64,000 nt of DNA from Salinivirgaceae bacterium (GCA_050179685.1 JBFXEW010000005.1:13911-77910); one strand, 5' to 3'; shown: positions 30,790 through 40,480, numbered from the stretch's first letter. Notes: generated by a model from the letters alone, not told the origin. Made by a program: numbers and translations.

Positions 30790-31698
30790 ATGGAATTTCA
30801 ACTCGATAAAACACAACTTAAGGATACTCCCAATTTCCCGCAAAAGGCAAAAGGCCGGCTTCCCCACTGGATGAAAGCGCAAATGCCCAAGGGAAAAACA
30901 TACAGTCAGGTGTACAACCTGATTAACGAGCACAAGCTGCACACCATTTGTACCAGTGGAAATTGTCCGAATAAAGGCGAATGCTGGAATGCCGGAACCG
31001 CCAGCTTTATGATACTGGGCGAGAAATGCACACGAAACTGTCGTTTCTGTTCGGTTATTAACCAGATTCCCGATCCGGTCGACTGGCACGAAGCTGAACG
31101 GCTGGCGCGTACCATTCAGACATTGAAATTAAAGCATGCGGTAATTACCTCGGTTACCCGTGACGATTTGGACGATGGCGGCGCAAAATTCTGGGCTTAT
31201 ACCATCTCAAAAGTTAAGGAAATAAATCCGGGCATTACCCAGGAAGCTTTGATCCCCGATTTTAACGGCAACACTTCACTGGTTCAACTGGTGATTGATG
31301 CCGCACCTGAAGTTATTTCGCACAACCTGGAGACCGTAAAGCGCCTCACCTCGAAAGTACGCAGTACCGCCCGCTATTCACGCAGCTTAGAGGTGCTCAG
31401 ATACATTGCCGACTCTGGAATAACTGCTAAATCGGGTATAATGGTTGGCCTGGGTGAAAAACCCGACGAAGTGCTGCAAACCCTCGATGACCTTCGCACA
31501 GCTGGGGTTAAAGTGGTTACCATTGGGCAGTACCTGCAGCCCAATTCGCACCTTTTACCTGTAGAAGAATACATAACCCCGGAACAATTTAAGTTTTATG
31601 AAAGCGAAGGACTGAAACGGGGTTTTGCCTTTGTGGAAAGCAGTCCGATGGTTCGTTCGAGCTATCACGCCGAGCGACATGCCAGAATCGCCAAATAA
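30790..31698 (+). CDS. lipA: lipoyl synthase
   Basis: 302 aa with the auxiliary cluster CPNKGEC and radical SAM CTRNCRFC. Confidence 0.95.
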   Translation: MEFQLDKTQLKDTPNFPQKAKGRLPHWMKAQMPKGKTYSQVYNLINEHKLHTICTSGNCPNKGECWNAGTASFMILGEKCTRNCRFCSVINQIPDPVDWHEAERLARTIQTLKLKHAVITSVTRDDLDDGGAKFWAYTISKVKEINPGITQEALIPDFNGNTSLVQLVIDAAPEVISHNLETVKRLTSKVRSTARYSRSLEVLRYIADSGITAKSGIMVGLGEKPDEVLQTLDDLRTAGVKVVTIGQYLQPNSHLLPVEEYITPEQFKFYESEGLKRGFAFVESSPMVRSSYHAERHARIAK

Positions 31699-31781
31699 GG
31701 ACATTATATTATTACTCTTATCAGTTAACCTTTTTATTTTGAATTTGTTAATTATTCAAATCAACTTGTCATTTATACCTA

Positions 31782-32429
31782 ATGAAATACCGATCAAAAG
31801 TACTATCAAAACGCATCATCAATAAAGACACGCTGGTGTTGGAGCTCGAAAAAGGCGACATCCGCTTTAAAGCCGGACAATACCTGGTGGTATCGTTTCC
31901 AAACGAAAAAGAAGCCCGCGAATATTCCGTATACAATGGCGAAAACGCTTCCACCATCGAAATACTGTTAAAAACCTTACCCGAAGGCAGCTTCTCGATG
32001 CGTCTGGGTGATTTAAACGTGGGCGATCCCCTGCTGATTGACGGACCCTTTGGTTTTTTTGTGATGAAAGAGCATGAAGTGGAAAGTAAACCCCATTTTT
32101 TTATTGCATCAGGAACAGGTATTTCGCCTTTTCGAAGTTACATTCAAACCTATCCCGGTTTGAATTATAAGCTACTGCATGGTATCCGTAAACTCGACGA
32201 CCGTATTGAGCAGGAAAACTATCCCGATGATAAGCTTACTTATTGCATTAGCCGCGAGGCATCGTCGTATTTTAACGGACGGGTTACCGACTATCTAAAA
32301 ATAGAGCCCATCGACAAGCAGGCCATTTATCACCTGTGTGGCAATTCAGCCATGATTAACGATGTAAGCGATTTGCTCGAAGCCAACGGCATTTTACCTG
32401 AAAACATTCGCACCGAAGTGTTTTTTTAG
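31782..32429 (+). CDS. compact ferredoxin/flavodoxin-NAD(P)+ reductase-like FAD oxidoreductase (paralog 2)
   Basis: 215 aa with REYSVYN, ASGTGISPF, FNGRVTDYL, LCGNSAMI, ending TEVFF. It is colinear with 15816..16478. Confidence 0.7.
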   Translation: MKYRSKVLSKRIINKDTLVLELEKGDIRFKAGQYLVVSFPNEKEAREYSVYNGENASTIEILLKTLPEGSFSMRLGDLNVGDPLLIDGPFGFFVMKEHEVESKPHFFIASGTGISPFRSYIQTYPGLNYKLLHGIRKLDDRIEQENYPDDKLTYCISREASSYFNGRVTDYLKIEPIDKQAIYHLCGNSAMINDVSDLLEANGILPENIRTEVFF

Positions 32430-32481
32430 AAAGAGTCTTTCAAAAAGTCATCGGGAAGTATACTTATACAATGTTAGCATT

Positions 32482-33417
32482 TTACCTTGGCCCCATAAAC
32501 CTATCTCCGTTAAAATGAATCATGTGTTCAGGAAACTCCATTATCCAAACTTCGGTATCCCATGCAATCTCAGTAGTATGCTTTTTAAATTCTGAAAAAT
32601 TGGGAAATGCAGAAACATAAATCTTTCCTGCTATACAATCTTTTAGAAATTCTTCCAATTCAATAATTCTTTTCGGAGTCATTGGGCCATGTGAAGTTAC
32701 AGCCTCAATTAGATATAGCCAGTTCTTTGATTCGTCATAAATTACAATGTCTGGCAATTTGCTATGTTCTGTAATCGGAATTCCAATCCTTTCAAGAGTT
32801 TCTTTGTCTAAGTGTAAATCCTTTTTCTCTGTGTCTCCTACATAAAGCAAAGTAGAACCTTGTGCAAATCGTGAAGCAAACTCTTCCACAACCGCAGCCT
32901 GAACCTCATTGTGCTTTCCTGGTGATAGCATTAAAACGCTACCATCTGTAAGTTTTAAAGGAACTCTGGACATCTTACGGTCTTTACTGTACTTCTCCTT
33001 CAATCCTCCAATTTTAGAAGCAAAATTTTCTGATGCTTTTTTCCAATTTCTAGTTCTGTAAGTTTTTATCGTCTCAAGTGCTATCTCAGAAATTGCATAA
33101 TGTGCACGTGGACTATTTACCGGTAAATCAGGAATATCAGGATTATAATCAGCTATACCCGCTTGTACAAATTGGTGCAGAACTTGTCTCCTAAAGGTTT
33201 CTCTGGTATTTGGAGCATATTCTTTTTGATAGTTCTCAGAAATAAAATTCATTATTCCTTTGGAAACACCGTGACTTTGCCTGAAAGCTTTCGACCACTT
33301 ATCATTTTCTTTGATGTTACATAAAGCAAGTAAAGTATAACCAGAAATTTCATTTTGTTGAGCATCAGGCAACCCCAACTCTCGCAAAATCACCTGTGCT
33401 TCTTGAATTTTTGACAT
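32482..33417 (-). CDS. type II restriction endonuclease, BsuBI/PstI family
   Basis: 311 aa. The N-terminus AQVILRELGLPDAQQNEISGYTLLAL and YAPNTRETFRRQVLHQFVQAG match my memory of the BsuBI/PstI REase family. It is adjacent to an N6-A methyltransferase. Confidence 0.7.
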   Translation of the reverse strand: MSKIQEAQVILRELGLPDAQQNEISGYTLLALCNIKENDKWSKAFRQSHGVSKGIMNFISENYQKEYAPNTRETFRRQVLHQFVQAGIADYNPDIPDLPVNSPRAHYAISEIALETIKTYRTRNWKKASENFASKIGGLKEKYSKDRKMSRVPLKLTDGSVLMLSPGKHNEVQAAVVEEFASRFAQGSTLLYVGDTEKKDLHLDKETLERIGIPITEHSKLPDIVIYDESKNWLYLIEAVTSHGPMTPKRIIELEEFLKDCIAGKIYVSAFPNFSEFKKHTTEIAWDTEVWIMEFPEHMIHFNGDRFMGPR

Positions 33418-35032
33418 AAGATTTTTCTAAAAGGACTTCATTAACAATTGTATCAATAAGTTGCTTATCGGGATTTTTATGTTCTTTGATTTTATTTCCA
33501 ATTAAAACTATATCATCTAACTGCGGTATTTTAATTTGTTTTAATTCAGTTGCACCAACTTGTGTATTGCCATTAAATGTTCTGAAATAATTATCAAACA
33601 AATTGCTGCTATAAAGTGCAGAAATTCCCCAGATTTCATTTTCCGTTAAATCTCCGTTTGGACGATGTATATAATTTAAATGATTTTCAAAACCAACCAT
33701 TTCAATATCAAAATTTGATGAGAAAAATGGACAACAAACCAATCTGCTTTTATCATCTTTTGAACTAAATCGGCGAAGTAAAACATAGTTTTTATTCTTA
33801 AGCAGGACTTTTCTTGATTCTAATGAATTAACTATAAAACCTGGCTTATTACCTTTTTGTAGTGGATAAATAAATTCCATTTCTTTAATGTTATGCAACC
33901 AGATTAATGGAGATAGTGAGCCATTTATAGTGCCTTCTGTTTTTAGAAATTCAGTACACCGAAACGCAACAACTGGGCCTGTTGATATTTGAATATTGAA
34001 ATCATTCAGCGTGTTGTGCCAATTCTTGAAAATTTCAATTGTGCTAGCCTCCTTATCATTTGAAGGAATAAACAAAATCTTATCTTTTGATTTTAAATCT
34101 ATTAACGAATTGGTCTTAAAAACTTTTTCGGTTAAATTACTCAGGCCATTATTGCTTTCAGAAACTGTAATTTTTATTTCCGAATTTACCTTTTTTGTTG
34201 CACGAAGAATAATGTTTTCTTGAAGAACATTATCATTCTTGAACATTTTATTTCGGGATTCAAAGATGTGTATGTTTGAGATACTTACATCGTTGAAGAA
34301 AGATTGTCTAAAAGCTTTGAAATAATTTCCTGCCGCAAAACTTCTAGGTGTTATAAAAATTAATTCTCCGTCTTGTTTCAATAATTTCGCTGCCACGCCC
34401 ATAAACAAAGAATAGATATTAGGTTGCCCATATACTAAATCTTTTGCTGCAATTGCTCGTTTGTCGTTTTTAGAGATTTTAAAATATGGGGGATTAGAAA
34501 TTATATAATCGTACTGGTTTACTTTTTCAAATCCAAATAACGTTGACACATTGAATGCATTTGAGTTTTCAAGGACAAAATCAGTTCGATTGATTTGGTA
34601 TTTTAAATCGATATTTTTCTCTGCTAGCCAGGAAGCTAAAAAATCAATTACTTTTTGAGTAAGCGTTAAAACATTTTCATCTGTCTCAAATAGCGATAAT
34701 TCTATTTCCGTTATGTTTGATTTTTGTATCAGCTTTTCGATTAAAGAACATGTTAAAATTCCAGTGCCACAACCGGGGTCAAGAACTGAAATCTTACCTG
34801 ATTTTGGATCTGCTAAATTCCCCATAAAATCAGCTATCTGTTTTGGAGTAAAGAATTGTCCGTTATCTTTTTTATGTTTGTCAGATGTAGAGCATGCGTA
34901 TTCAAGTCCGATAAACTCAGCAAATTCAGAAGGTGTTTTATATTTTTCTTTTAACTCTATCATTATACAAAAGTAATCAATCTTAGGTGCGTTGGCAAAA
35001 ATTGCATTTTTTCTTTCAATTTTCATTTGCAC
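33365..35032 (-). CDS. N6-adenine DNA methyltransferase (Eco57I/PstI-methylase-like)
   Basis: 555 aa with GQFFTP, the SAM site VLDPGCGTGIL and catalytic NPPY (IISNPPYFK). It overlaps the REase start by 53 nt. The true start may be an internal Met. Confidence 0.8.
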   Translation of the reverse strand: MQMKIERKNAIFANAPKIDYFCIMIELKEKYKTPSEFAEFIGLEYACSTSDKHKKDNGQFFTPKQIADFMGNLADPKSGKISVLDPGCGTGILTCSLIEKLIQKSNITEIELSLFETDENVLTLTQKVIDFLASWLAEKNIDLKYQINRTDFVLENSNAFNVSTLFGFEKVNQYDYIISNPPYFKISKNDKRAIAAKDLVYGQPNIYSLFMGVAAKLLKQDGELIFITPRSFAAGNYFKAFRQSFFNDVSISNIHIFESRNKMFKNDNVLQENIILRATKKVNSEIKITVSESNNGLSNLTEKVFKTNSLIDLKSKDKILFIPSNDKEASTIEIFKNWHNTLNDFNIQISTGPVVAFRCTEFLKTEGTINGSLSPLIWLHNIKEMEFIYPLQKGNKPGFIVNSLESRKVLLKNKNYVLLRRFSSKDDKSRLVCCPFFSSNFDIEMVGFENHLNYIHRPNGDLTENEIWGISALYSSNLFDNYFRTFNGNTQVGATELKQIKIPQLDDIVLIGNKIKEHKNPDKQLIDTIVNEVLLEKSYVKNSRSTGDFARVGVA

Positions 35033-35187
35033 CTTAAAACAATCAAATCTTTAGTTCTTATCTTACAATAATTCCCTTTCACCCCCGTTATATTGCTGAC
35101 AAATCCCTTAATTTTTTAGCGCATGAAGCAATAATATACCTAAGATTATAACCTAACACAGAGTATTAACAACAAATTGTATGGTGT

Positions 35188-36702
35188 ATGAAAAAAAATG
35201 TTGCGCTGCTTCTTATCCTGATCCATTCGGTAGCTTTTGTATGGCTTTTTCACAAGCAAGAGCCGGGACTCAATCTATTTATCTTTGAGCTTTTAAGCTT
35301 AGCTTCTTTGTGGTTTATCCTCAAAGAGCGACCACAATCCACTGCATCGAAAATTGTGCTGGCCGGAACTTTGATTTCGGGACTGGCTATGGTGATTTAC
35401 TTTTCTGATATCGCCCTTTTTATCAATATTTGTGCTTTTTATCTGTATTCCGGCACGCTGGTTTTTCCCCAATCACGTTCATTGCTGAGCTCCGCCTTGT
35501 TTGCTGTAAGCAATACCTTTCGTGCACCGGGACGCTTTTTTGCGCTCCTGTTTAGCTTTAAAGGCAGTAACCAATCCGTAACAAAAACCTTTAGGGGACT
35601 GAAAATTGCGCTGCTTCCGCTGGTGGTTATTGCTATTTTTATTGCGCTGTACAAGGCTTCGAATCCTTTGTTTGATAAAGGGGTAACAGAATTAACCGCT
35701 TTTATCGACCGGTATTGGGATGCCCTAATGCATGACATTGATTTGGCCTGGTTGTTTACCTTTTTATTGGGCTTGTTTTTCAGTTTATTGCTCTTTATTC
35801 ATGTGCAACACAAACGGGTGCTGGCTTACGAAAGCGGTCAGGATGATGTTTTGAAACGCATCCGTAAGAAACACCTATTCGGTTATAAGCTTACGGCACT
35901 CAACGACGAGCTTAAATCGGCACTTTTTCTGTTGATTTCGTTAAACCTGCTATTGCTGACCATCAACAGCATCGATATTTACTGGGTTTGGTTTAATTTT
36001 GAGTGGGAAGGCGAATACCTGAAACAGTTTGTGCACGAAGGGACTTACCTGCTGATTATTTCCATTCTGATTTCGATAGCGCTGGTGCTTTTCTTTTTCC
36101 GGCGAAACCTGAACTTTTATGCCCGCAACAAAACACTTAAATTGCTCTCCTATGCCTGGCTGGCGCAGAATGCTGTGTTGGCCCTTTCGGTAGCCATGCG
36201 GAATTTCTGGTACATCAAGTACTTTGCCCTGGCCTACAAGCGCATTGGCGTATTGGTTTTTCTGGTATTAACGCTTTACGGCATTTATACGGTGTACCAA
36301 AAAGTCAGGCATCAAAAATCGGCATATTACCTGTGGCGCACTAACAGTCTGGCCACTTTCGTGATGCTTGTTTTGCTAACCATGGTTAATTGGGATGCAG
36401 TAATAGCGCGTTACAATTTTTCGCATTACCGAACGGCTTTTGTCCACCTCAATTTTCTGTCGAATCTTTCAGATAAGACCTTGCCGCTGCTCGACAAGTC
36501 GCTTGAAGAGCTCAAAGCCATGGAGGCTGTGCAAAAGGAACTTTTTCCTTTCGAAGAACAGTATATGGATGCTGAGGCCTATCATAAAAAAATACAACTA
36601 CGAAAGGAATATTTCATGAGCCATTGGAACGAAAAAAACTTACGATCGTGGAACTTTGCCGAAGCACGGGCGTACAAAGCATTGAGTGTTGTTAATAAGT
36701 AG
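35188..36702 (+). CDS. polytopic membrane protein of unknown function (DUF4153/DUF4173-like)
   Basis: 504 aa with ~10 hydrophobic segments and no catalytic motif recognised. Confidence 0.5.
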   Translation: MKKNVALLLILIHSVAFVWLFHKQEPGLNLFIFELLSLASLWFILKERPQSTASKIVLAGTLISGLAMVIYFSDIALFINICAFYLYSGTLVFPQSRSLLSSALFAVSNTFRAPGRFFALLFSFKGSNQSVTKTFRGLKIALLPLVVIAIFIALYKASNPLFDKGVTELTAFIDRYWDALMHDIDLAWLFTFLLGLFFSLLLFIHVQHKRVLAYESGQDDVLKRIRKKHLFGYKLTALNDELKSALFLLISLNLLLLTINSIDIYWVWFNFEWEGEYLKQFVHEGTYLLIISILISIALVLFFFRRNLNFYARNKTLKLLSYAWLAQNAVLALSVAMRNFWYIKYFALAYKRIGVLVFLVLTLYGIYTVYQKVRHQKSAYYLWRTNSLATFVMLVLLTMVNWDAVIARYNFSHYRTAFVHLNFLSNLSDKTLPLLDKSLEELKAMEAVQKELFPFEEQYMDAEAYHKKIQLRKEYFMSHWNEKNLRSWNFAEARAYKALSVVNK

Positions 36703-36733
36703 TTTTTTTCATAAGAATTAGGTTAGTAAGTTT

Positions 36734-36769
36734 AAAGCCTCCGGGATACGAGCCCCCGGGGGCTTTTTT
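36734..36769. terminator. hairpin terminator between convergent genes
   Basis: AAAGCCTCCGGG (36734-36745) pairs with CCCGGGGGCTTT (36755-36766) with one G-U pair, followed by a T-run. It overlaps the stop of the minus-strand methyltransferase gene. Confidence 0.6.
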
Positions 36770-37502
36770 ACGTATTAGCCCGCTCCGCTTCCAGCACCAA
36801 TGGTTGTGTGTCTTCGCTCCACTCCTGCTGCTTAAACCCGCCGTAAGCTTTTAGCTTTACAAAACCTGCTGCTGAAATTTGCGTCATCAATTCATCCTTT
36901 TTTAATGGCAACAATAGCTGACTGTTTTCAATAACCCGTCCGCTGGCTTTTAGGGTAAGGCGGGTACGGAAATCGATACGATGTTGCTCCTTTAGGTATT
37001 CGTACCCGCGCACAAATTCAATGTCGGCATTATCAATAGTGGGCAAACCGTTTATCTGCCGGTTTAAAATACGGTCGTAATTAATTAGTTGAAGGAGTAG
37101 TCGCCCTCCCGGTTTCAAAACCTGAAAAGCCTGACGGGCAAACACGCCTACGGCATCCTCATCGGGCAAATGCACCAGGGTATTGCCAAAGCACAGCACC
37201 GCATCGAAGCTTTGTGATTGAAAACGGGCGTCGAGCTCCAGCATGTTTTGCACGTAGTAGTTTACCGAGTCAGAGGTATTTCCGGCTACCGCACGGGCTA
37301 CCATCTCCGGGTTTAAATCGATGCCTGTAACCCGATGCCCCTGCTGAGCCAATGCCTGGGCCAACTGTCCCGTTCCACAGCCCACATCGAGCACATCAAG
37401 GTTCCCCGATGCCTGCGTAGCTGTTGCTATAAAATTCACCTGCTCCCGATTAAGCGGAAATATGGCCTCGTAAGCCTCGGCAATGGAAGTATAAAAGTTC
37501 AT
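36768..37502 (-). CDS. class I SAM-dependent methyltransferase
   Basis: 244 aa with motif I VLDVGCGTGQLAQALAQQGHRVTGIDL. Visibly GC-richer than its neighbours. Confidence 0.8.
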   Translation of the reverse strand: MNFYTSIAEAYEAIFPLNREQVNFIATATQASGNLDVLDVGCGTGQLAQALAQQGHRVTGIDLNPEMVARAVAGNTSDSVNYYVQNMLELDARFQSQSFDAVLCFGNTLVHLPDEDAVGVFARQAFQVLKPGGRLLLQLINYDRILNRQINGLPTIDNADIEFVRGYEYLKEQHRIDFRTRLTLKASGRVIENSQLLLPLKKDELMTQISAAGFVKLKAYGGFKQQEWSEDTQPLVLEAERANT

Positions 37503-37660
37503 GTTTGTTTAGAGTTTAGATGTTAGAGATTAGATATTTGACTTGAGACTTAAGACTAGAGACTAGAAACCAGAAACCTGTCTCTGCTTACTCACTATTC
37601 ACTGTTCACTATTCACTATTCACTATTAACTATTCACTATTCATTGTTAATTGTTAATTC
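37503..37660 (-). repeat. heptad-array block (modules A-B-C read on the minus strand) abutting the methyltransferase start codon
   Basis: On the + strand: TAGAGAC/TAAGACT-type 7-mers (~37509-37578), TATTCAC-type 7-mers (~37591-37645) and TGTTAAT 7-mers (~37644-37660). Confidence 0.85.
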
Positions 37661-37800
37661 AATGTCGTTTAGTTAAGCAGACTTCACCCTCCGCCCTTCG
37701 GGCACCTCTCCGCCGCGGCGGAAGGACTAGCTCTGTTCCATCGTTGCAGGTATCCCCTTGAGGGGATTATAGGGGTGAATTTCTTTAACTAAACGACATT
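37661..37800. mobile_element. 140-bp element bounded by perfect 16-bp inverted repeats, nested inside a TGTTAAT array (MITE-like or long-stem RNA)
   Basis: AATGTCGTTTAGTTAA (37661-37676) is the inverted repeat of TTAACTAAACGACATT (37785-37800). The interior has GCCC-TTCG-GGC (37693-37703), the 14-bp palindrome TCCGCCGCGGCGGA (37709-37722) and ATCCCCT-TGA-GGGGAT. Confidence 0.4.
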
Positions 37801-37856
37801 AATTGTTAATTGTTAATTGCTAATTGTTCATTGTTAATTGCTAATTGTTAATTGTT
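37801..37856 (-). repeat. TGTTAAT/TGCTAAT heptad array (module A) containing the symporter stop codon
   Basis: Eight consecutive 7-mers. The symporter stop TAA is the complement of 37848-37850. Confidence 0.85.
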
Positions 37857-39305
37857 CCTGGCCGGCTTTATCAGCAAGGTACTAATCACGGCAGCTGCCA
37901 AAGCTACAAAAAAGGTAAGCAAACGCGAGGTAATTTCTTTATCCATACCACTGCTTATCCAGATAATGGTAAAAGCCAGTCCGCTGATTATGGTGATAAT
38001 AACGGCAATGCCATGGTAACGCTTCCAGAACAGGGTTAACAAAATAACCACCGAAAAGGTGCCCCCGATACCTGCCCATACATAACTCACCAACGAATAT
38101 ATCAGGGTGGTTTTTCCGAAATAGGCTATGCTTAAGGCGATGATAGCAATTAACCCGGTAATGAGGCGCGAAAACAGCAGCGCCCGCTTTTGAAAAAAGG
38201 CCTTCCCGAAAAGGGGTTGCAGCAGGTTATCGGTCAGCTCGGTGGCTGAAAGAATTAGCAGGGAATCGGCTGTCGATATCATGGCAGCAATGGCTCCGGT
38301 AATCAGAATAGCTGCTATGACCGGAGGAAAAATGGTTAACAGCACCGAAGGCATCACCAGTTCACGATCGGTCAATCCCTCCGGACCGAACAGGGCCAGC
38401 CCTATCCATCCAATACTTAGTGCACCCAGGTAAGCCACCAGTGTCCAGACAATGCCTACATTTCGTGCCTTTTTGGCTTGCCGGGCATCCTTAATGGCCA
38501 TAAAACGCATGCTTAGCTGAGGTTGACCACCCAGGTAACCAAAAAACCAGGAGAATCCGCCCACCAGGGCAACACCTGCGGTAAAGCCCTGCAATCCGCC
38601 GCTTAAGGAGGTGTATTCGCTTCCGGCCTGATGCAAGGCCTGCGAAATATTTGTAGCATACAGGTCGGGATGATTGGCCAGGTAAATAAAGCCAACAATG
38701 GGACCGGCTACCAGGGTAATAATCATCATCAGGGCTTGAATCACATCGGTATAAACCACACTCATAAAGCCCCCATAAATGGTGTAAGGCACAATAATGG
38801 CAGCGGTAATCAGCATGCCCGTTTTGGCATCGATGGCAAACATGGTGTTCAGGGTTTTTCCCCCTCCTAAAAACTGGGCACCCACATAAAAGAAAAAGAA
38901 AAACACAATGGTTGCGCTGCCTATCATACGGATGTATTGCTCCACCTCGCCATGTTTGCGGGCAATAAAAGCGGTAAAGGTGCTTACCTGGTATTTTTCG
39001 GCTGCATCGCGCAAGCGCCAGGCAATAAGCGCCCAGGCCGTAATAATACCTGTCACACAGCCCAGGGCCGTCCATATTTCGAGCAGTCCGGTGGCATAAG
39101 CTGCTCCGGGCAGTCCCAGCAAGGCCCACGACGATTCGCCCGTGGCACGCTCCGATAAGGCTGCCACCCAGCCGGGCAGTTGACGGCCTGCAATGGCGTA
39201 ATCGGCACTGTTTTTAACTTTTCGTCCCTGGTAAATGCCCCAGGCTATAAGCAGCGAGAGGTAGGTAACCATTACCAGCAGCAGTTGGGTGTTTTGTAGT
39301 TCCAT
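37848..39305 (-). CDS. sodium:solute symporter family transporter (PutP-like)
   Basis: The start at Met-18 of the ORF (39305) gives MELQNTQLLLV... The ...DYAIAGRQLPGWVAALSERATGESSWALLGLPGAAY pattern parallels PutP/SSF N-termini. About 13 TM segments. Confidence 0.85.
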   Translation of the reverse strand: MELQNTQLLLVMVTYLSLLIAWGIYQGRKVKNSADYAIAGRQLPGWVAALSERATGESSWALLGLPGAAYATGLLEIWTALGCVTGIITAWALIAWRLRDAAEKYQVSTFTAFIARKHGEVEQYIRMIGSATIVFFFFFYVGAQFLGGGKTLNTMFAIDAKTGMLITAAIIVPYTIYGGFMSVVYTDVIQALMMIITLVAGPIVGFIYLANHPDLYATNISQALHQAGSEYTSLSGGLQGFTAGVALVGGFSWFFGYLGGQPQLSMRFMAIKDARQAKKARNVGIVWTLVAYLGALSIGWIGLALFGPEGLTDRELVMPSVLLTIFPPVIAAILITGAIAAMISTADSLLILSATELTDNLLQPLFGKAFFQKRALLFSRLITGLIAIIALSIAYFGKTTLIYSLVSYVWAGIGGTFSVVILLTLFWKRYHGIAVIITIISGLAFTIIWISSGMDKEITSRLLTFFVALAAAVISTLLIKPARNN

Positions 39306-39596
39306 ACGTTGCTTTGTTTTAGGCAAACTAAGATAAGAAATTTCTGTTTGGTACAAAAAGACTTGCTGGTTGTTGGTTTTTAGAGATTAGACTTTAGACA
39401 TTAGACTAAAGACTTAAGACCAGAGACTTGAGATTAGAGATTAGAGACTAGAGACTAGAGACCAGAGACTAGAGACTAGAAACCAGAATCTTGTTAACTG
39501 CTTACTCACTTTTCACTTTTCATTATTCACTTTTCACTTTTCACTATTCACTATTCACTTTTCACTATTCACTTTTCACTGTTAATTGTTCATTGC

Positions 39597-39979
39597 TTTT
39601 AGGCTGAGGATTTCGAACTGCTGCCTGTGGACTGTGGACATGAAAGACCAACCCTCCGGGTTGAACAATAATAGCCGTAGGTAAAACCTACGGATTGATA
39701 ACCCACCAAGCCCGAACCCTGCAAGGGTTCAATAAATGCAAGATGTTTTGGAATCTTCGTAGCGTTTTCTGTGGACTGCCGACTATTGGCTACCGGCTGC
39801 TGGCGGTGCATGACAGACAGGTATTCCATGGCAAATTATTGCTTGCACCGCTTTTTGATTTGCATTCGCTAATTCTACCGACCTTCAACCCCTCCGGGGT
39901 TTTTGTATGTCTTACTACCTATTAATAATTATTAATTAGTTTTGCCGAATACTACCAACCAGGAACTGCTTGAAATCAG
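39597..39979. ncRNA. repeat core copy 1, candidate structured RNA (strand unresolved)
   Basis: Perfect hairpins at 39650-39662, 39675-39693, 39714-39730, 39803-39851 and 39887-39901 (+TTTT). No credible CDS. Confidence 0.3.
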
Positions 39980-40095
39980 TATATAGACATTAGACTAGAG
40001 ACTTGAGACTAGAGACTAGAAATCAGAATCTTGTTAACTGCTCACTCACTTTTCACTTTTCATTATTCACTATTCACTGTTAATTGTTCATTGCT

Positions 40096-40480
40096 ATTTG
40101 GCTGAGGACTTTGAACTATTGCCTTTGGGCTGTGGACATGAAAGACAAACCCGGAGGGTTGAACAATAATAGCCGTAGGTAAAACCTACGGATTGATAAC
40201 CCACCAAGCCCGAACCCTGCAAGGGTTCAATAAATGCAAGGTGTTTTGGAATCTTCGTAGTGTTTTCTGTGGACTGCCGACTATTGGCTACCGGCTGCTG
40301 GCGGTGCATGACAGACAGGTATTCCATGGCAAATTATTGCTTGCACCGCTTTTTGATTTGCATTCGCTAATTCTACCGACCTTCAACCCCTCCGGGGTTT
40401 TTGTATGTCTTACTACCTATTAATAATTATTAATTAGTTTTGCCGAATACTACCAACCAGGAACTGCTTGAAATTAGTAT
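40096..40480. ncRNA. repeat core copy 2, candidate structured RNA (strand unresolved)
   Basis: Same hairpin set as copy 1. Substitutions cluster in the first ~60 nt. Confidence 0.3.

Noticed and set aside
32482-35032. Avoidance of CTGCAG as support for PstI-like specificity
   Set aside because: At least five CTGCAG sites were seen by eye in the window, roughly within the range expected by composition. There is therefore no avoidance signal, and specificity remains an inference from family resemblance only.
38491-39129. 212-aa minus-strand ORF, plus several 60-80 aa ORFs, inside the symporter gene
   Set aside because: These are out-of-frame shadow ORFs within a GC-richer gene. The translation is Cys/Arg/Gly/Pro-rich nonsense, whereas the 37848..39305 frame gives a clean SSF-family transporter.
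39601-39625. tRNA/tmRNA T-arm-like GTTCGAAATCC (minus strand) and hammerhead-like CUGAGGA...CGAAC (plus strand) at the start of each core
   Set aside because: The flanks do not form a T-stem or acceptor stem. There is also no stem II or GAAA/cleavage-site arrangement for a hammerhead. Copy 2 mutates several of these bases.
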